Positions 14,801 through 29,800 of a stretch of DNA of 64,000 bases are shown piece after piece. The stretch is taken from contig NMRA01000185.1 in assembly GCA_002633005.1 (NCBI GenBank), positions 76,402 through 140,401 on the forward strand. The letters are read 5' to 3'. Numbering within the stretch: position 1 is the stretch's first letter; each line of letters begins with the position of its first letter. The stretch comes from Phoronis australis (Eukaryota > Animalia > Phoronida). A program made the translations under genes and the position numbers. The notes below the pieces were generated by a model. The model was not told the origin of the DNA, did not search any database, and saw nothing but the letters and a program-made list of their open reading frames with translations.

Positions 14801-17800
14801 TTGGCATGATTGAGTCTGCAGTTTATGGATGAATGGGTAGGCGTACTGCGAAGTTAGTGCCTACAGAAAATGTACTGCTTAAAGTGGAAATTGCATGCTA
14901 ATTCCTTATCTCTGTGATTGCTTGGTCAATTTAGTCACAAACACAATATATAGCGACAATGTGATGAAGTTGGTTGAAAATTGCCAGATGTTTTTAAGAA
15001 CGAATTTTGTGTGGATAATGATCCACTGTAAATCAATCAATCATTATAGTGACGACTGGTTTTGGGGATTAACATTGCAAGATGTGGGTTATGTGAACAC
15101 CCAATGTATGCCATTAGCGCAAAGGTCACCTGTTCGCAGACTTTTTTGTTTTCATATTGAGAAGTTGTCAGTTAATACAACTGCACTTTATTTAACATAG
15201 ATGATGTTCAAAAATCACTGTCGTTTAGTTCCTGCTACATATTAGCGTAGTTAGGTGCATGCAAAATCTTTAGACTTGAAACAATTGGTTATTGCCTTAC
15301 ATTCGCTAGTGTACTAACGAGTATATCACAAGCTGTCTAACAAAAAGTACAGTCATGCCCTCAACCAAGTTTGTGCGAATGAAGTCATTTGCTACCGAAC
15401 TAAACTGTACAATTATGAAATTAAACTAAAAATGTGTTAATGACCAGAATACTTAACTCGTGTCTGTTTTTAACCATTCTGAGTAAGGCCGCCAACTGTC
15501 ATGGATTTATCCGTATTATACATACTTGTAGGAGCTAAAAAATCTAAATGTGTGTTTTCAAATGTTACAAATTTTGAGCATTTGTTACATTACTTCAAAA
15601 AACAGCTGAAAATAAATGAAATATCTTTAAAATTATCAGAGTTTTGGAGCACCAAATTAGCGGCAATCATGGTAGAATCAAAAAATGGCTGAAATAGTCT
15701 TAAAATGCAAGACCAGGCTAATAAAATGTATCCTGACTGAAAGTTATTTGAATACAAGATTTCCTGTGGATGATTGGTCGAAGTTTGTCGAAGACTTTCG
15801 GACCAATGAAACATGTGCTTACTTGCTTTGGCATTGTGGGATATCATCTGCTTAATGGAAGTCATGTCAAGATGTCGAGAATGGAATTTTGAAGCCTAAT
15901 ATTCTGAGGAATTTAGGTTAGATTTAGGATAAAGGGAAAGGAATTCACCGCATTTTGTCAAGGTGACTTTATCTCGAACATAAGGGCACCTACATTTGGC
16001 TTTGATCAGAAAATTAATGAGATATCTTGTTTTGTTGTGTTGGGTGGGAAGAAGTCAACCATGCCAACACCAAAAGCAAAAAACATCGATGTGCAAGCCA
16101 CGTTTTACTGTGTCGCTTTTTAGCTAAACATGATTTGAAACTTTGTTCAGTCTTGAATTTTGACACTCATTCTTTCTGCGTATCCATTTCTCAGGGTGGA
16201 GGTTGAGGGCAGCTTTTAACATTTTATGATTTTAGAAAGAGTTTGGCCATTTTCCACAATTTTATCGACTGCCAATTATATTTCAGACTGTTGATACTAA
16301 GCGCGAGTTCCAATGTTTCAGTAATGAGATGAATGCCAAAATTGCCCTTGTCCCAATCTTAAGAATTTGGAATATTCAACTTTGACTTGAATTTTAAATT
16401 TTAGAGTCCCATTAAGTTGTAGAGACTAATAAAAATGGAGAATTTTTACTGTAAATTGTGCACCACCAAGGACGTGTATTGCAGGGTGGTCTTATCTGAT
16501 ACAGCAGTACACTAAGGCCCCTACCAGCACAACTGCTCACAGCTATGAAATGTAAATTGTGAAGTAACAAGTACACATTTATCACATGGAGGTTTGTCTT
16601 AACATTATCGCAGCACAGCAGTGCACTAATGGCCTTATCTGTACAACTGCTCATAGCAATAAAATGTAAATTTTGAACCAGCAAACAGGCATGTACTGCA
16701 TACCTGCATAGTCATTATACTAGTACTCCGAGAACACTGCCATCATAAATTAAACAAAAAATAATGCAGAACCCAGTTTTGGCCTATGAACAGATAATTA
16801 ACCTCTTTGATGACAAGCTCTCTTAATCAAAACAATGCTCTGTAACTCTGGTCGACCCTCAAAAGTAATAGCTGACATTTGAAATGGCCTTGCCATATTG
16901 AAATTCTATAACCTCCCTTGACGGCGATCAGGTCTTTGGTTAGCATGTGTTCAGAGCCACGTACAGATCCCATGTAATGTGGAAGGGAGGTTTCAATCTG
17001 CTGGTATAAACAGAAACAGTGTTTGAACACCTTTCCTATTATTATGTTGCCGGCAAATTTCCACTGCTTTAAATGGTATGTACTTCTATCTTACGTAAAA
17101 GGCAATACTTTTAAAATATCAATGAATGAACAAGGACATCGTGTTCCATACATTTCTCATTGCGAAATTGTATCTGCGACAAAGCCAGTGGCTGTTGCTG
17201 ATAAAGCAGGAGAATTTCGACCTCGGGAGAATTTCGATCTCGGCCGGTGCCAAAAGGCTAAATGTAAATTAGTGAACTTAGAGTAATCAAACAGTGGGAC
17301 TGACAGTGGAATTTTCCCCCTGCTTTTAAATCAATGAACCACTGTGTAGTAACTGAATTTCTGTCCACCAAATTTGAGCTGGGATCAAGCGGAAGTCACT
17401 TTCATACTCTCATTACTAGAGAGCACCAATACGAAAGGTCCCCTATTGGAATAAATTTGAACACTCCCTGAAAAGTTGGAAGCTCCTTACAAAGTGTGCT
17501 AAAATGTAAAGCTTCATCTTTGCTTAAGGCGAGTAAAATGTCAACTGTGGGGATCGGAAATGACCTATGGAGAATCGTATATTATATTCTGTGATCCTGT
17601 AATTAAGGTCATGTGAGACCTTAAAGAGAAGTACATTTATAGCAAAACTACAGTATCAAGAACATGACCAAATTTCATTTTTATGCGCCCACATATTTAT
17701 ATGTGGACGCATTATGCCGTCATCTCTGTCCGTCCGGGCGGCGTCCGTCCGGCGTCCGGTGTCCGGCGTCCGCTGCTCTATCTCCAAAACCCTTTGACAT

Positions 17801-20800
17801 ACGTTCATGAAATATGGCACATATATTCCGTTCATGAATGGGACGGCATGTGCGAACTTTCGGATGGACCCGACTACCGGTGTGCCCCCTGGTGGCAATT
17901 TTAGTTTTTTACGCTTACCTTTGTATCTTCAAAAGTCCTGAACGGATTTTCATGAAATTTGGTTTGTAGGCACCTAGTAGTGAGATGACGCTATCCTGCC
18001 GTTTTCAGATGGATTCGACATAGTTTGTGCCACCTAGTGGCCATTTTTAGTGTTTTCGAGTCTGTTTTTGTGCGTCCACCCCTCTATCAACCAAACCGCT
18101 CAAAGGATGATTGTGAAAATTAGCATGTATATGCTTACTATGTAGAGGACGGTTGACGATGATTTTCCGACGATTTCGACTACTGTGGCGCCTCCTAGTG
18201 GCAGTTTTGTTTTTTTAGCGCCTATGGCTGTATCTCCTAAACCGTTCGCAGGATCTTTACGAAATTGTGTAAGTATATTTATATGATGTTAACAACGGAA
18301 GATCACGACTTTTGGACTAATTCGACTACAGGTGTGCCCCCTAGTGGCAATTTTAATTTTTTTACGCTTACCTTTGTATCTTCACAAGTCCTTATTGGAT
18401 TTTCATGAAATTTGGTATGTAGGCACCTGTTAGTGAGATGACGCTATCCTCCCATTTTCAGATGGATTCGACATAGTTTGCGCCACCTAGTGGCCATTTT
18501 TAGTGTTTTCGAGTCTGTTTTTGTGCGTCCACCCCTCTATCAACCAAACCGCTCAAAGGATGATTGTGAAAATTGGCATGTATATGCTTACTATGTAGAG
18601 GATGGTTGACGATGATTTTCCGACGATTTCGACTACTGTGGCGCCTCCTAGTGGCAGTTTTGTTTTTTTGCGCCTATGGCTGTATCTCCTAAACCGTTCG
18701 CAGGATCTTTACGAAATTGTGTAAGTATATTTATATGATGTTAACAACGGAAGATGACGACTTTTGGACGGATCCGACTACCGGTGTGCCCCCTAGTGGC
18801 AATTTTAATTTTTTTACGCTTACCTTTGTATCTTCACAAGTCCTTATTGGATTTTCATGAAATTTGGTATGTAGGCACCTATTAGTGAGATGACGCTATC
18901 CTCCCGTTTTCAGATGGATTCGACATAGTTTGCGCCACCTAGTGGCCATTTTTAGTGTTTTCGAGTCTGTTTTTGTGCGTCCACCCCTCTATCAACCAAA
19001 CCGCTCAAAGGATGATTGTGAAAATTGGCATGTATATGCTTACTATGTAGAGGATGGTTGACGATGATTTTCCGACGATTTCGACTACTGTGGCGCCTCC
19101 TAGTGGCAGTTTTGTTTTTTTGCGCCTATGGCTGTATCTCCTAAACCGTTCGCAGGATCTTTACAAATTGTGTAAGTATATTTATATGATGTTAACAACG
19201 GAAGATGACGACTTTTGGTCGGATCCGACTACCGGTGTGCCCCCTAGTGGCAATTTTAGTTTTTTACGCTTACCTTTGTATCTTCAAAAGTATTGAACGG
19301 ATTTTCATGAAATTTGGTATGTAGGCACCTATTAGTGAGATGACGCTATCCTACTGTTTTCAGATGGATTCGACGTAGTTTGCGCCACCTAGTGGCCATT
19401 TTTACTGTTTTCGAGTCTGTATTTTTGCGTCCACCCCTCTATCAACCAAACCGCTCAAAGGATGATTGTGAAAATTGGCGTGTATGTGCTTACTATAAGG
19501 AAGACAGCTGACAATGATTTTCAGACGATTTGGACTACTGTGGCGCCTCCTAGTGGCAGTTTTGTTTTTTTGCGCCCATGGCTGTATCTCCCAAACCGTT
19601 TGCAGGATCTTTACTAAATTTAGCAAGTGTATTTATGTGATGTTGACAACGGACGATGACGACTTTAGGATGATTCTGATTACCGGTATGCCTCTAGTGG
19701 CAATTTTAGTATTTGCCTCTAGTGGCAATTTTAGTATTTTACATTGACCTCTGTATTTTCATAGGTCTTCAGGTGTATACTTTGTGTTACTTCGTGACTG
19801 TGAAGGAAAAGTTCCAAGTAGAAATTTGTTTCTGGCATTCTAATGCTGTGCTAATCTCGTATGTTGGTAAATTTGTTTTTAATTCTATGTTTCTGTGGTG
19901 CTTTAAGCAACTGGTGTATAGGATGTGCTTGTATTATGAAGATTACTCACATTTTGCCCCTAGCCTATTGAGGAGACAAGGACCATGCCTTTCCATTTTG
20001 CAAAGTACAACATACTACATATATGCCCTGTACTGGCCACTTTATGGTACCAATAAACAACCCTAGAAGGATACCGTATGCGGTGCAATTGTGGGCGCAT
20101 TTCAACGCTCTGCGTTGCTCTTGTTGATATAAGCATCCATGATCGTGAAATTTGAAAACTGCTGTTACACTCTTCTGAATTCTGATTTTGTGTTTGTTTT
20201 ATGCAACGTAATAGTTTTTTTCCAAAAAATCATCAGAGTCCTTTTTGGGCACTTTATCTCAAAAATGTGAAAGATGTTAAAACAATTCGTAACAAGAGTT
20301 TTGGAGATAAATTACTCACCATAACACTGTAAACTTTGGTAATGAATCCAACTCGCCTTCTCTGTGAAATAACATTCCCAAGTCAGCCAAATTTGGATAT
20401 TTTTGTTGGATCCTGTTTTAGTTGGATTCTGCTTTTACCACTCAAGTGAAGTTAGTGTTACATTGGCACACTACAGAACGAGGATTGGTTGAAATCACGG
20501 AAAAGTAATTTAGGGACCATTTAAAGAATACAGGTGTTAGGACACCATAATGCATGTCTTTCAAAATACAAGTTGAGCATAGAAATGGTAAAACCTGCCG
20601 AAATGGAGTCCGGAATAACAATTTCATAGGATGCATTCCGTTGACCCAAAACTCGCAAAGCACTTCTGGCAAGAAATCTTTGTTTATGGAATGGAAACAA
20701 TGAATCCTATTGCACAAGTCAACATTCCAACCTCACCGACCAAAGAAAACTGAGGTTACTTGCGACGGGTTCGAAACCTCCAACCAAAGTAGGTCAGGTC

Positions 20801-23800
20801 CACTATTTTTTGGTGAGCATTGATGAAAACTATTGCATCCATCCTATTGAGCATATTTTTGTTAATTTCATGCGTAATGTACTTCTGGGTCGGTGGCTAT
20901 GTACGTAATACTGTGTACAATATACTTTTAGATAGAAGGCAAAATAAATTTTAAAACGTCAAGTTTGTAGGTCCAGATTTATAGTTTTTCCTTTCACAGC
21001 ATGTGTGTTTGGCTTACGGTAACATGATGCTTTTTTGGAACTAAAAGCTGACAAAAATGCTTCTTTTCCCCCCTGTGGTCATTCCTGTCCTTCCCCCACA
21101 CCAATCTCATCGGTTGCCACCTTATTCCACCGCGCAATTTTTCCGTGCGCGGTCCCTGCACCACTAACTTGTTCGACACAGCGACTAAGTTCACTTGAGA
21201 CTGAGCTCATGATTCTCGACAAACTAAGAAAGTACAGAAAATTACAGGTTGTCTGCGATCTGGGCATTCCAGGTTTTGCCGAACAATTCCGACCATCATC
21301 TGCTTATTAAATGAAGTATTTTGCGTGCGTGCTCTGTTGTGTGAGTGGCGACTTGGCATTTTACGAGGTAGGCAAACAAAATCTGAGGTCGCATTGGCGA
21401 AGGGTGAGCTGCGGGTCGCCAAATCGAGACCTGTTTAGGTCAATCTCAATTGAAAAACATGAAAAACATGCTGAGCGTTAACATTGTCTGACAGTGTTTC
21501 ACATTTGTATTCTTCATTTCAGGAAGAGTTCCTGTTGTTGTTGTATGTGGTGGGAAAAACTCGGGCAAATCTACTCTTGTGAGATTCTTGGTCAACAGCC
21601 TCCTCAACTTGTAAGTTAGTAATGATTTGGGAAATGTGTGGCAACGTAATTGCAAAATTATCAGTTTGATGCCTTAAGTTTGTGATTGTGAGTGAAGTGG
21701 GAGTAAGATACTAAATTGATCTCTTTATTTGCAGTATTCTTGACTGGATTCACTATGTAGTAATAGCCTTGCACTCTTTAACAGCACATCTCTATAACCA
21801 TTCCAATAGGTGTCCCTACTCAACAATTCTGATCCAAGTCTGGTGCACATGCACTCATTTCAAAAATACAAATGTCTCAATATTTTCTTACAAGCTCCAA
21901 GAAGTTTCAGTTTATAACTATGTCTATTTCTGTTGCAGCACCAGTTCAGTTGGTGTTCTTGACTGTGATCCAGGACAAACCGAGTTCACAGTGCCGGGTT
22001 GTGTCTCATTCACAACAGTTCAAGAGCCACTCCTGGGTAAGTTTTATTGTTCAGTGATTATAAAGTGATAAATTTGTTCTGAAATAAGCGAGATTCTGGC
22101 TAGAGATACTGAGTAAATTGCATGCTTGAGTCTTTTAGGCTAGTCATAATTTTTTACCAGGTGAAATAAAATTTCTCCAGGTAACAAGTTTTTAATTTCT
22201 TCTTTTGTACGCAGGCTGCTGGTCGTATTTTTTGTGTCCTTGCCGATGCTGTATGAGCGCTGTTGCCATCGTCAGCAGTGGGATTATAGTCAAATGCCAT
22301 CTTCAGTTTAAGGGGTGGGTGCTTTTAGTCGTGTCAGTGTCAGTGTCATTGAGTTGGGGATGGCATGCTGCAAACTTCCTCATTAAACAAGATAAGGATC
22401 AAGTTGGAGAAATCTTTTGAATTTCTCCAATGCCGCATGGTCAGCTAGACTATTCCATTCACAATAGGGGGATGGTTATCAATGGAGTTGCTCTATTCAC
22501 TAGGCCACATAGTGTGGAAAATTGCTGCTTTTATCAGATCATATCTAAATAGAAGGCTTGAAAGCATGCAGGCTCTATTTTCCATTTTCTTTTTGATTCA
22601 TGAAAACCTGATGGAAACTATAAAACTTGAATGGAGGAATAAAAACTAGACTGTGTGGGGATTCTTGAATTTTCAAAATTAGTCAAGTAATAGCAATTTT
22701 GTCAACAAAAACCCAAGCCTTGAGCCATTCATTGGAAAGTAGTTTCAAGCATGTCCTATAACATAGTTAACTGCATCACTAACTCACAACAAAAGCTGTG
22801 CCTGAAAGAATGTGGATAAGACTGGTCTTGGTCAAGTATTCTTGTTTAAAGGGAATGTTCTCCACATGGGCATCTTCACTCTTGTCGTCAATGCCAGTGT
22901 TATCGTTGGTGTCTTGCTCGCCTTTGGCGTAAAAGGCATTATTTTCGTATTTGTTGATGTCTTTACTTTCATCATCACCTCATTTCTTAGATATTCATTC
23001 ATATTCATTTCGCCATGTGCCGTTCCTCAGATCGCTCTCACCTGCAGGACACATTTTTCGTCCGATCAGCGTGAAATGTTGCAATGACTTCTTTCATTGA
23101 TCATTTTTTGCCGTGTATATGGAGTGCCTTGATGGATCTTTTTGAAATTCAGTATGTGGATAGATCTCGCCAAGCGCTATCTGCACTATGCCATGTGTTT
23201 CTCATCTTACCATTCTCGAGTTATTCAAGATTTACTGATTAGTCCTGGAGCCAGATGCCAAAAGTGCCCTATTTGGTTTGCCCGTTAGAGTGGCAACTAC
23301 TGGTGGCATACCGTGAATAATATGCTTACAATGAAGTCACGCATTTCTAAAGGTATGTGTGACTTTTCACCGCTTGTACTTCTGATTGGCTTGTACCAGG
23401 ATCAAAGAGAGCACAGCCCTGAAATCAGGTATATGTGAAGACCGCATTGCCCGATACGAGCAAGACCCAATTAAATGTAATTATCCGACCATAAACTGTA
23501 TTAAGCACCTCTGACTACATAATGGCAAATTTTCAAAATGCATTAAGCACTAATTTGCGTTATAAACGAACACCACGGCGGTATTCAGATGGAAAAAAAA
23601 CAACCAAGTACGGTTTTTGATTTTTAAAAATCGATGAACTAATAATTTAAAAACTACAACCATTGGGTATGATTGATGATAAACTACCACGCGTATTGAT
23701 ATACTCGGTGGATATACAAATGCTGATCAGAGTTAACAATATCACATGGATTCATTTTTTAATATTCTTTCAATACCATTTAACCAGATTTTTGACCAAG

Positions 23801-26800
23801 AAACATTTGTTGTGCCCACTTTTCATTTTTTATTACTGACAAAGAGCTAGAATAGTTATAGTCGGTGCCACCGAAATTGTCAAGAGATTCCAAATCTTCA
23901 GTTTGGTTATTTGCACTTTTGTATTTATTTATGATTTGAGTTCTAATAAAGGTTAAACTGTAATGACACGTGAAATGTTTAGTGTACCTGTGATGTGGTA
24001 AGTTTAGGGATGGACTCACAATGAACTTAGCTAATTAAGTTTAGCTGGCGATCAAAATCTACGGCTGTTTTCATACTTCAAGTTCAAAACTTAGATAAAA
24101 AGTTATCAACCCGTTCCCGGTAAGAAAAAAAATGAATAAAGAAAACCAATATGAAACGTATCGTTTCTTTGGGAATTGGCCCTTTGTGAAGATAAACACA
24201 AGTCAACCTGTTTAGTCATTTTGTAATATTTATAATGTACCAAGTTAAAACTACTCTCCTGAGTTGCAGGCTATAACTCTGCAAATGTCAGAGAAAACCA
24301 AAATGGGGGTACTAACAACAACCATTGTTAAGACTGAAATGCTAGCGATTACCTTTCCACTTCATTAGTTCAGATCTACATCAATTAAAAATACATGCTG
24401 AATATAGGCATGGTAAAAGTTGTCTGGGGCTTAGGGAATCAGAGCGGTCACCAGTGTAAGCGAGAAATTCTCCGCATGGGTACCAGGAAATAACTTGCAA
24501 CCCAGCATATCAGGAAACGCCTGATGCCACAAAAAATTGAGTCAAACTTTTCTACCAGACTGCATTTTTCTTTGGAAACAAAGGATACCAAATGCAGTCA
24601 TGAGATTCATCAACTCCATGCACCAGAGTGATACAATCATTCTGTTAGTGTCAAGGAATTGGCATTTGGTGCTCTCCTAGTGCCAAAAGGAGACTGTCAG
24701 TTTGCTATACCAGTTTCAAGGCTGTTTTCAGCCCTGTAATGTAAGGTCTGTGAAGATAGACGGGTGTTGATGAAAAATTGATGAATTTTACAAAAAGGAA
24801 ATTAAACATTTCTGCTGCATCAGAATCCCAGGAGAAATGAGAACATTCTGTAACCTGCTTCTGGGCAGCCGTGTAACAGTTCAAATTTGGAACAACACAT
24901 ACGATTTTCTATTCTTCGGTGAATAAATTACACCTAAGTTTTTTCATTGTTCTCACTAACAATCATCTCCGCAACAACAAAAGAATAAAACGCTATGTGT
25001 GCGTTTGGACTCTGCTAACATTCTCACCATACTTGAACTATGGCTTGACCTGCAGGATGGAATACTCTTTATACACATTGCAACTGAACCAAGGCAAGCG
25101 TCTGCCCGCATTTGTTGTCAATAAAAGGCAGGCTACACAGACAGGCACTTAACAATATTTCCCAAGAAAGCTACGGTTGTGCACCTTGTATGACATTCAT
25201 GACGTGAAGATGTTAGATTACAGTGTGATATTGTATGTTATTTAAACACGACAATATTAAATATAAATTCTATTTTCCACGGACATGTTAGTTACTTGTT
25301 TTAGAACATCACTGCTTTTAACCCTGTTGCTGTAAAGAATGGAAGTGATCAGTCATAGAGTTCTGATCTACCCCACTTTGCAAACTGTTGAGTGTCCTTG
25401 AGTGCGTGAAAGGTGCGAGGCAGACGCTTTCGTGTGCAGGTTCGACAGTCGTTCCTTTTATGACCTTGGGTAAAATGTGAAGAGCGTCTATGGTGTGTGG
25501 CACATAGGAACACTCTTTTGTCTTTTAGTATCAGTGACAGGTGCTCTGTCATCTATGTGAGGGTGATTGACATGATATTTGGATTCTCATTAGGTTTTCA
25601 GTCTCGTAAAAATTTGAAAACACTAACTTTGACGTGCTTTAAGTCAGATATATATTTGACTCTAAAACCCTTGCAAAATACATTACACAGTCATGCTTCC
25701 GTCACTTGGTGGAACTTCCGCCTCGATAAGAAGTGTGGTTCCTGTGAAACACGCCCACGTTTATTGTTGAAGGATTTGTGAAGACGTGTTCAAGGTGTTT
25801 AATCTCATTCTCTTTTATTTTGTAGTCAGTGTGCTGTTTTACGCATGGTTTGCCTCCATGATGATCCATAATCCTCAGTTACAATTAACATTGAATGTTT
25901 TAATGTTTTCAGTCGTCATTGATTATGCCATTATAGTACTTCAGGGTTCTCTTAAGTTTTGATTGTCATTTTGGAACCTATTAAATTCAGGTCAAGAGAT
26001 GTTCAAATTATTTTTCTGACCATAATCAAATTTTCCACGCCATCACGTTTACAAATTATTGGAAGATTTTAGCTGTATTCTTTGGCCGTGTACGAACTGA
26101 GAGCACTAACTAGTAGAAGAATTTACTACAGATATTTGACCGTCACTTATCACGGGTGGGAAAGAACAGGACCGCAGGTCCTCTTAAATCGGACCGACTC
26201 ACCCAAAACAGGACCTCCGGGGATCAAATGAGACCGTCGCACCAGAAAACAGGACTGACGCACCTAAAAACATGACCGCTCTACCAGAAAACAGGACCGC
26301 CGGGGACTGAACATAACGACCGCCGGGGATTGAAACCATAATGACAAACAAGTTAAGATTTATTACCGGTAGGCCTACACAGATCATACAATGGAGCTAT
26401 TACGTATGCATATGCAGGTCTCGTGCCGATTACTCCAACGAAATCTTTTGTGCGCTACAGGACACTTCGCTTTGTAACACGCGACGATTTTGAGTTTTAA
26501 CCACAAACCAACCACGCGGTCATGTTTTTAGGTGCGTCAGTCCCATTTTCTGGTGCGACGGTCCCATTTGATCCCCGGAGGTCCTGTTTTGGGTGAGTCA
26601 GTCCGATTTAGAGGACCGGTGGTCATGTTGTTTCTCACCCGTGGTTATGTAACTGACCTGAAATCTTTTCAAACTTGCGCAGCAATGGTAACCAATTAGA
26701 GACAGTCCGATTGTGACTCCAGAGGTAAACAGGTTGGAGTTAAATATCAAATAAAGGGACACACCTTTAGAAAAGCAGTTTGCATGGTATGCACTTCCAT

Positions 26801-29800
26801 GAGCGAAGGTTTAAAGGTGAAGCTGAAAGTTATGTTGCTCGGGAGAAGTCTCATGGGTTCTACTATCATTGTTTAGAAAATATATTAGTTGCCACATGTT
26901 TCAACCCTTACGATGAGTTTCCAGAATGATGTAGTAGGAAACTTTCAATGTACTTATACTAGCATGCTGTGTAAAGTGGACGATTTAATCAGAGTAATCA
27001 CTTTGTATATGCAGCATTAAGGCCATTGAGTAAAAATGACAAAGTGTGATTCTATGGTAAATTTCATGTTTCTGCATGAAATTTGCAAAGAATTAATAAA
27101 TGTGTTGTGTTAAGGACTCTCCAAACTTTCTGATTTTAACTTTTATTATTTTTCCTTCAATTCTTTCATGACATTATTTCCAAATGCGTTGCTTTATCCG
27201 TCAATTTACAAACAAAACAAATGCACATGCCGGCCATCCTATACTCTGTGAGACTCTTGATAACTAGCATGCTGTAGCCCATGTACACAAAGCAATAAAC
27301 ACCATCTAATCAACTTCTCTTTCTAATGCATATTTAAGTAAAGCTCTGTGTGTGTTTTCCTAGCCTAGTTGATTGTCAAACCGGCATTTTCAGTTTCTGC
27401 AGTAACTAGAATGCTAAACTCATATTGGCTATTGCCACATCTAGTTGCACCGATCTCTTTGCCTATAATTTATTCTGAAATCTTTATTTAGTTGTGTTGT
27501 GCAATGGGATTTTGACGTGTAGTCTCATGCAATGAGATTTACTTAAGCTCGCGTGTGTCAGTGACATCTCTGCAGTAAAAAGGTTACAGAGTCAAGATGT
27601 GGAACTGTGTGATGGTCTGCCCACCCCGTAGTTTTTCTTTCCTTATCTTCGACTCTGTAATGGTGCCAGTCTTAATGCTTTCCGGATTGTGATAAATAAA
27701 TCTCTCATTGATAACGTAATGACTTAGAAATGATTTTTTTCTCTAGTTGTTTCTGAAAGTGAGGAACTGATGTCACTAAAAGGAATTACATACGCTTGGT
27801 ATATAATTGTTTTCAGTTGGCTGAATATTTCAAGTAGTTTGTAGTTCTTTGAGTAATGCATTTCCTGATGTGCTTAATCAGGCGGTCGCTGTAACTTTAC
27901 ATTCTAAAGCAGTCTTGCTGTCTTCTTAGTTAGCTTACATGACTACAAGCATACAATACTGTTGGAGATGTTGAAAATGCGAAATATTTACTGTAGTGAG
28001 AAAAAATATTTTGTAGAACAACCTTGGAACCGCATAACCACATGGAAATTTGTTTACTACTTCTCCATGGTAAAAGGTTATGGGGCTGTCACTCAAATCG
28101 AATCTCCCATCAAGCACAGAGCGGCTCTGTATATACCCTCAATTTCCATGAGGTGTACATGTGATTGAAAGATGCCAGGGAAGACGAAGACAAAACTTTC
28201 TTTTGATCCTAAGGCAGTTGTGTGTCTGCATGTCTATGACCATTGAGAGTGAATGATATGAGTGCCCTCATACCTCTGTGACTTTGTGTTCATGAACACA
28301 GGAAGTCCTTACCCAAATTCTTTAAAATAATCTGTTAATTTGACATTTTGCTATTTCGATCTCATGCTCACGATTTAACCACCGACTTGATATCTGTATC
28401 CATTCATATCTCTCCCAGCTTGCACTGGACAAAGCGGTCATCACAAGTGCGTCTGACTGTGGTACCTCGCTTGCTTTGATCCTGGTGCAATCTGCTCTGA
28501 ACGAGGTTGAAGAAGCAGTGGTGAAGTTTCCTGCATATGCATTAGTGAATTATTCTCGGTATGTAAAACATTTTGAGACGTAAATCATCAATTTCGGTAT
28601 ACCTGGTTCACATGGTCGCTCAAAAGAGTTGCAAGGGTCACATTTGCAGGAGGTTCGAGGTACTCCAAAACTACTGGCATTTTCGCTTGGAGGCAGCTTA
28701 TTTCAAAGGACACAATCCACAGGGGTAAGAAGCGTTTGTTCTATTAACACAGCAATCAATTCATGGAATGAGCATGGTTTGAATGCAATTTTCGGGTGAT
28801 GAAGAACAAAAACTAACTGCTGGCGCATTTCATGAACAGCTCTTCTGTCTGGCTAAACTGCTGGACATTGCTTGCATTTTAGCTCGTAAAACTGCTAGCG
28901 TTTTCACCACTCATGTGAGACTAGTATTGCACATTAAGGTCTTTGTCATCATGTTTTGTCACTGTATTAGTGAAATTGCCGCTCATGTGAACCTAGTATC
29001 ACACCTTAAAGACTTTGTCATCACGTTTTGTCCTTGTTTCAGTGAAGTGTTTTTCCAGTGACAGAGAAATAGTGATGCCCTTGAATGACTATTTAATTGT
29101 ATTTTCTCCATTTACTATTGATAAACTTCCTGTGTGGGCGTACAAGAAACCCTGTCAAATTAGTGTCGCAAGGGAGCATGCGTCACATGACTGATGACAT
29201 CATCAATCTTGCTGCCCAAGGTCATTGATTAGTTCAGTTGATCTCTTTACAATTCCGCTAAGTCAGGGATAAGGCATTATTAGTGGTTTTCAATAAGAAA
29301 GGCCAAAGTTTTAATTACACAACTGTTATACAATTAGTCTTGAATGCCTTTAAGTGATTCAGTCTGCTTCTTTGGAGTTTGTTAATCACTAGTTGAGTTG
29401 ATGGAATACAAAACCTATTTTTCGTACTTTAGTTTGAAAAAATTCATTTTATGAACATGTACTACTCAGGAACTACCTAGACTTTATCTTATTTTGGATA
29501 TTTTGTGGCTTCTGCAAGATGACATTCACAAACATTAATTTTGTTTTATTTTGGTTTGCCACCACTCTTTCAACAGTGTTGTTGCTTTATGTGTCCTGGA
29601 AAGTGCATACGGGTGTCTCTCTCAAGTAATAAATTCAAAATACAAATCACATTGTTGACCCCAACTTGAGTCAACTCAAAGATAGTAGTAAAAAGATCAA
29701 CCCTTTGCATGCAGTTTTTGCAGAAGACATCTTTGCATTTACTATTATCTTACAATATGGAAGCAAGTCCTCAATTTCCTGATTAATTAGACTATTGGAT

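Noticed and set aside
12418-15200. Duplicated 101-aa ORFs (12418-12723, 14895-15200) as a gene pair
   Set aside because: No recognisable domain; identity is explained by the gap-flanking duplication.
16501-16685. Short ~114-bp local duplication (a similar ~72-bp one at ~28910-29045)
   Set aside because: Ordinary diverged intronic tandem duplications with no functional signal.
17870-19740. Regular repeat array as a possible CRISPR
   Set aside because: Whole ~451-bp units repeat with no unique spacers; eukaryotic intron context, no cas genes.
28419-28558. Exon-like segment (cccag|...|gtatgt) with one open frame in intron 5
   Set aside because: In the NOL9 phase it hits a stop, no homology recognised, and NOL9 is continuous without it; needs RNA evidence.
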